From contig CAWDPO010000003.1 of the NCBI GenBank assembly GCA_963804165.1, positions 32,001 to 96,000 on the forward strand: a DNA stretch of 64,000 bases. Reading direction: 5' to 3'. Below the pieces are notes generated by a model. That model did no database searches. It was given only the letters and a program-made list of their open reading frames with translations, and was not told the origin of the DNA. Below are positions 59,642 to 64,000 of this stretch, one piece after another (position 1 is the first letter of the stretch; every line of letters begins with the position of its first letter). Position numbers and translations under genes: made by a program. The stretch comes from an uncultured delta proteobacterium (lineage in GTDB: Bacteria > Desulfobacterota > Binatia > UBA9968).

Positions 59642-60040
59642 TCATGAATACGACGCCAGCGCCACTTCGGCACACTTCTGATCTTGATCGTCGGTGCCGC
59701 CCGCTACGGCAATGGCGCCGACGACGTTGCCGCCTTCGACGATCGGCAAGGCGCCGCCGCCGGGCATTATACGCCCGTTGCTGGACACCACCAGACTCTG
59801 AAACCAGGTCTGCGCCGCGACACCGGCCAACTCGTTCGTCGGTTGTTGAAAACTGGCCGCGGTGTAGGCCTTGTTGAGCGCTATTTCGACGGTGATCGGG
59901 CGCGCTTTGTCCATGCGGCCTAAAGCTATCATGCGGCCGCTCTGATCCACGACTACGGCGGTCACGGCAATATCAAGTTGGGCCGCCTGCCCGTGCGCGT
60001 TTCGAACCATCTGAATCGCCTTTTCTCCAGGGATAGCCAT
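59642..60040 (-). CDS. GlcG/HbpS (heme/corrinoid-binding, PduO-C-like) protein
   Basis: VVVDQSG, RMD, ALNKAYTAA, GGGALPI, VGAIAVAGGTDDQD. Confidence 0.88.
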   Translation of the reverse strand: MAIPGEKAIQMVRNAHGQAAQLDIAVTAVVVDQSGRMIALGRMDKARPITVEIALNKAYTAASFQQPTNELAGVAAQTWFQSLVVSSNGRIMPGGGALPIVEGGNVVGAIAVAGGTDDQDQKCAEVALASYS

Positions 60041-60258
60041 TGTCTTGTGCGATCCTCCTCGTTGCTAAGTCAGTTTCTTAGTGTATCAGAGAAGTGGGAT
60101 GAGCAGTCAAGACCTATCTTCGCTGGTGTGATCATGGATTCCGTCATCCATTCGCACTGGCCGGTGCTTCCCTGTTAGCATTGCAAGCCAGACCAAGATG
60201 TCGGGCGCCCAGTAGCTGTGGCATCTCGTGACAATAGGGCGCCCAAAGGGAGGTTATT

Positions 60259-60744
60259 GTGTATCTGCGTACGGTGATTATCGTGTCGGTACTCGGGATT
60301 CTTGTCATGTTCGCTCTTTTGAACTGGAACGCCTTTACCACGGCAATGCCCCTTTCCGTGGGATTTACCACAGTGGAAGCGCCGCTCGGGCTGTTCTTGC
60401 TCGCAGTTATCGCGCTACTCACGGTGCTGTTTCTTATTTATGTTGTTTATTTGCAGTCCTCGACGTTGGTCGAAAGCCGGCGTCAAACACGCGAGCTGCA
60501 GGTCCAACGCGAACTTGCCCAAAATGCGGAAGCATCGCGCTTCCATCAATTGAAGATCGCCGTGGAAACCGCGCTGCGCGAGCAGAACAACCAAACGCTC
60601 GAATTTAAAAACACCGTTCTCGCGCGCCTCGAAGAGCTCGAGCGCGATTTGCGTTCGACGGTGGAGCAGTCGGGCAATTCAATCGCCGCCTATCTCGGTG
60701 AAATCGAAGATCAGTTCAAACGCGTCGCCGGCGGAAATAAATAG
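60259..60744 (+). CDS. LapA-domain-like membrane protein with coiled coil
   Basis: FALLNW..., APLGLFLL, two TM helices then heptads; GGAGG RBS. Confidence 0.65.
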   Translation: MYLRTVIIVSVLGILVMFALLNWNAFTTAMPLSVGFTTVEAPLGLFLLAVIALLTVLFLIYVVYLQSSTLVESRRQTRELQVQRELAQNAEASRFHQLKIAVETALREQNNQTLEFKNTVLARLEELERDLRSTVEQSGNSIAAYLGEIEDQFKRVAGGNK

Positions 60745-60849
60745 ATTTCATTGCGGCGACTTTCGACGGTTAAGACGATGCGCGAAACCCCGCGTCATGC
60801 TTCGCTAAAATTTTACGTTCCAGTATTGGTCTATTGTGCTAATTTGTAT

Positions 60850-61010
60850 GGCGTCCAAAAGTAGTTTTGTAGAGTCCAAACAGTGGCAGCAGCTGAAAGG
60901 GGACTTTTCTCCATGCGATTCTCACCCCTCTTTCTTTGCCAAAGAAGGGAAGGGGAGATTTTAGGGCAGAATGTCGCGGCAATTCCATAGCGAACTTTAG
61001 GGACAGGGGA
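60850..61010. repeat. Degenerate copy of the CTAG MITE
   Basis: tgcgattctcacccctc...tttgccaaagaagggaaggggagatt...gcgaactttagggacagg resembles 32730-32830. Confidence 0.6.
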
Positions 61011-61043
61011 AGCAACAACGTCGACGTGAGCCGGTAATTTTTC

Positions 61044-61778
61044 ATGAACAGACTCCAAGATCAGGTCGCGATCATAACCGGCGGCAGCCGGGGAATCGGC
61101 CGCGCGGTCGCGCGGGCATTTGCCCGCGAAGGGGCACGGGTGGCGATTGCCGCGGTGGAGGATCGCAATGAACTTGAAACCGCGCGCAGGGAAATCGCAG
61201 ATCTAGGCGGCGACGTTGTTGCGACGTTGGCCGACGTGGCGCGCCGCGGCGACGTCGATCGGATGGTTCAAGCGGTCGTCGCCAAGTGGGGGAGCATCGA
61301 TGTTCTAGTCAACAACGCCGGGATCCTTCGCCTGGCGCCATTGGAACAGATTTCCGAAGAGAGGTGGGACGAGACTGTCGCCGTGCATCTGAAGGGTACG
61401 TTTAACTGTACCCAAGCGGTGTTGCCGTTCATGAAACAACAGCGCAAAGGCAAGATTATTAACATCGCGGCGCCGTCGGCGCTGCGCGGCTCGTACGGCG
61501 TGGCCGACTACGCCGCCGCCAAAGGCGGCATTATTGCGTTTACCCGCAACGCCGCCAACGAATTAAAATCCTACAACATTCAAGTCAACTGCATCTCGCC
61601 GACGGCGAATACGCGTATGACCGAGGCGTTGACCCAGTTTCGCCGCGAGCAACTCGGTGTCGCGCGGCGCGAGCGAGCCTTCGTCGCGCCCGAAGCGATC
61701 GCGCCGGCATTTATCTTCTTTGCCAGCTCCGACTCCGACTATGTTTCCGGCCAATTGCTGGAAGTGGGACGAATATGA
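61044..61778 (+). CDS. Short-chain dehydrogenase/reductase
   Basis: TGGSRGIG, NNAG, YAAAK. Confidence 0.92.
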   Translation: MNRLQDQVAIITGGSRGIGRAVARAFAREGARVAIAAVEDRNELETARREIADLGGDVVATLADVARRGDVDRMVQAVVAKWGSIDVLVNNAGILRLAPLEQISEERWDETVAVHLKGTFNCTQAVLPFMKQQRKGKIINIAAPSALRGSYGVADYAAAKGGIIAFTRNAANELKSYNIQVNCISPTANTRMTEALTQFRREQLGVARRERAFVAPEAIAPAFIFFASSDSDYVSGQLLEVGRI

Positions 61779-61829
61779 ACTGAAATCACGGACCGGCGAC
61801 GGAGTCGGAGGAACGTCCGGTCACGCGAT

Positions 61830-63095
61830 TTAGTTTTTTGCGCTCACTCGCCACACTTTGCCGGCGCCGTCGTCGGCGACGAGCAACGACCCGTCCGTCC
61901 ACTCCGCCACGCCTACCGGACGGCCATAGACTTGGCTGGCTTTCTGGTTGGCGATAAATCCCGTGAGAAAATCTTCGAGAGGGCCGCTCGGCTTGCCGTT
62001 TTGAAAAGGGACGAAGGCAACTTTGTAACCCACCAGATCGGAACGGTTCCACGAACCGTGCATGCCGATGAAGGCGCCGCCGTGATAGCGCGCCGGAAAT
62101 GATTTTCCCCGGTAGAAAGCCAAACCGAGCGGCGCCACGTGGGAGCCCAAAGCAAAATCTGGTTTGATCGTCTTGGCGACGAGATCGGGGCGCTGGCCTT
62201 TCTTGCGCGGGTCTTCGTTCTGGCCGAAATAGGCGTAGGGCCAGCCGTAAAAAGCGCCGTCGCGGACGCTCGTTAGATAGTCGGGTACGAGCTCGTCACC
62301 GAGCATGTCGCGCTCGTTGACGATCGTCCATAAAGTATTCGTCCGCGGTTCCCAGTCCATACCGACGGGATTGCGCATGCCGGCGGCGAAAACTCGCATG
62401 CCGCTGCCGTCCGGACTGACTTGCAGAATAGCGGCGCGGCGCGGGTCCTTTTCATCGACACGCTGCTCGTCGACGTTGGTCGCCGAGCCGACCGCGATGT
62501 AAATTTTCTTGCCCGAGGGATCCACGAGCACGTTTCTCGTGTAGTGGCCGCCTCCGGGCAGATCGAGGACCTTTTCGGGCTGCCGTTTAATCTGCGTATC
62601 GCCGGCGCGGTAAGGAAACACGACGAGTTCGTCCGTATTGCCGACGTAGAAGCGATTGCCGATGAGCGCCATGCCAAAGGCCATGTTCAACCGGCGCAGG
62701 AAAGACTGCCGCAGGTTGGGTTTGCCGCTTTTCGTGGTATCGCGCAGCAACACGATGCGGCTGGGAGATTGTTGCGGCAGCGATTGCATGACCAAGACAT
62801 CGCCGTTCGGCAGGACGTAGATCATCCGTGGATTGTCCAATTCGTCGGCAAAGAGGCTGACCTCAAAGTTTCCGGGGGCTATCGGCGTCTTTCCCTTCGG
62901 CCAGGGAATCACCGTAGCCGGATTCGCCACCGCGCGCGTCGCGTTGGGGGGCGGCAGCACCAACTGCTCCGACGGGCCGGTCTCGATGACCTGGCGGGAC
63001 GCCGGTTCGGCCGCGAAGAGCCGCGGCGATGAGCGAGAAGGATGATTAACCGCAAAGAACGCCAAGGTCGCAAAAACGACAGGAAAAATTTTCAT
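61830..63095 (-). CDS. Sorbosone dehydrogenase family (beta-propeller) protein
   Basis: PNGDVLV, VGNTD, GHYTRN, GMRNPVG, VNERD.LGD.LVPDY, YGWPY, HGSWNR, GRPVGV. Confidence 0.88.
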   Translation of the reverse strand: MKIFPVVFATLAFFAVNHPSRSSPRLFAAEPASRQVIETGPSEQLVLPPPNATRAVANPATVIPWPKGKTPIAPGNFEVSLFADELDNPRMIYVLPNGDVLVMQSLPQQSPSRIVLLRDTTKSGKPNLRQSFLRRLNMAFGMALIGNRFYVGNTDELVVFPYRAGDTQIKRQPEKVLDLPGGGHYTRNVLVDPSGKKIYIAVGSATNVDEQRVDEKDPRRAAILQVSPDGSGMRVFAAGMRNPVGMDWEPRTNTLWTIVNERDMLGDELVPDYLTSVRDGAFYGWPYAYFGQNEDPRKKGQRPDLVAKTIKPDFALGSHVAPLGLAFYRGKSFPARYHGGAFIGMHGSWNRSDLVGYKVAFVPFQNGKPSGPLEDFLTGFIANQKASQVYGRPVGVAEWTDGSLLVADDGAGKVWRVSAKN

Positions 63096-63143
63096 GATCT
63101 TGTTTATGCGGTTTCTGCGTCCTTTGCGGCTAAATTTGCATTG

Positions 63144-64000
63144 TTATTTCTTCGCGGTGACGCGCCAGATCTTGCCGCCGCTGTCATCGGCGACTAGAAG
63201 AGAGCCGTCGGACGCGACGGTTACGCCCACCGGACGGCCATAGGCTTCGAACTTGCTCTCATCGGCGATGAAACCGGTGAGGATATCTTCCAGCGGACCG
63301 GTGGGCTTGCCGTTTTCAAAACGGAGGAAAGCAACTTTAAAGCCGACCATCTTTGACCGGTTCCACGAGCCATGCATGCCGATGAATGCGCCGCCGCGAT
63401 ATTTCTCGGGAAATGCCTTGCCCTGGTAAAAGGCCAGACCGAGGGCGGCTACGTGGGAGCCGAGAGCGTAGTCTGGTTTGACCGCTTTGGCGACCAGGTC
63501 CGGCCGCTGGCCTTTCTTGCGCGGATCCTCGATCTGGCCGAAGTATGAATACGGCCAGCCGTAGAAGGCGCTGTCTTTTACGCTCGTCAAATAATCGGGA
63601 ACCAAATCGTCGCCGAGAAGGTCGCGCTCATTGACCACGGTCCACAGAGTCTTGGTACGCGGCTCCCAGTCCATGCCGACGGCGTTGCGCAGCCCCTTGG
63701 CGAATATTCTCATGCCGCTGCCGTCGGGATTGATCTCTAAGATTCCGGCGCGCCGCTGATCTTTCTCCCAGCCGTTTTCCTCGTCCACATTGGACGCGGA
63801 GCCGACCGCGACGTAGATTTTCTTTCCCGCCGCATCGGCGAGAAGGTTACGCGTGTAGTGGCCGCCGGCAGGAAGGTCGAGAATCTTCTCACCCTTGCCG
63901 TCAATTTTCGTTTGGCCGGCTTTGTACGGATAGCGAACCACGCCGTCGGTGTTGCCCACATAAAACCAGTTTCCGAGCGCCGCCATGCCGTGCGGCATAT
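63144..64000 (-). CDS. Sorbosone dehydrogenase family protein, tandem paralogue (5' end outside window)
   Basis: Same motifs as the adjacent gene. Confidence 0.88.
   Translation of the reverse strand, partial: MPHGMAALGNWFYVGNTDGVVRYPYKAGQTKIDGKGEKILDLPAGGHYTRNLLADAAGKKIYVAVGSASNVDEENGWEKDQRRAGILEINPDGSGMRIFAKGLRNAVGMDWEPRTKTLWTVVNERDLLGDDLVPDYLTSVKDSAFYGWPYSYFGQIEDPRKKGQRPDLVAKAVKPDYALGSHVAALGLAFYQGKAFPEKYRGGAFIGMHGSWNRSKMVGFKVAFLRFENGKPTGPLEDILTGFIADESKFEAYGRPVGVTVASDGSLLVADDSGGKIWRVTAKK

Noticed and set aside
60041-60258. Cobalamin riboswitch upstream of the Rdh-like operon
   Set aside because: No B12-box or conserved riboswitch core recognised. Only a possible promoter and a short CTAAG-N7-CTTAG palindrome (60065-60081), too weak to call.
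1-64000. tRNA/rRNA genes, integrase or anti-phage defence genes
   Set aside because: None recognised by eye; tRNAscan-SE, Infernal and DefenseFinder would be needed to exclude them.

Overview
This is a GC-rich bacterial window of accessory catabolic genes. It is dense in orphan solute-binding proteins (6 ABC-type, 2 TctC/Bug), amidohydrolases, hydantoinase/oxoprolinase subunits and intergenic palindromic repeats. That style resembles Candidatus Binatia/Binatota soil genomes (inference from gene content only). From left to right it holds: the 3' end of an atypical A-T-TE NRPS-like gene; a hydantoinase/nitroreductase/M24/PrpD cluster; an amidase-amidohydrolase (N-heterocycle?) cluster; an IS481 nested in a CTAG-flanked MITE; a decayed low-coding region with a broken LigD-type ligase; a kinase+methyltransferase pair; an IS1182 nested in another MITE; four genes preceded by one conserved sigma70 promoter/operator motif; an orphan, active-site-variant E1 alpha/beta pair; and tandem sorbosone-dehydrogenase-like genes. 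The best candidate for an undescribed system is the minus-strand operon at 56846-60040. It encodes a GlcG/HbpS-family protein, a cytoplasmic reductive-dehalogenase-like (cobalamin/2xFe-S) protein, a coupled Fe-S-less paralogue and a ferredoxin-GlcG/HbpS fusion. Many single-base frameshifts in otherwise intact genes suggest long-read assembly errors. No rRNA, tRNA or CRISPR array was recognised. All family calls come from motif recognition, not database searches.
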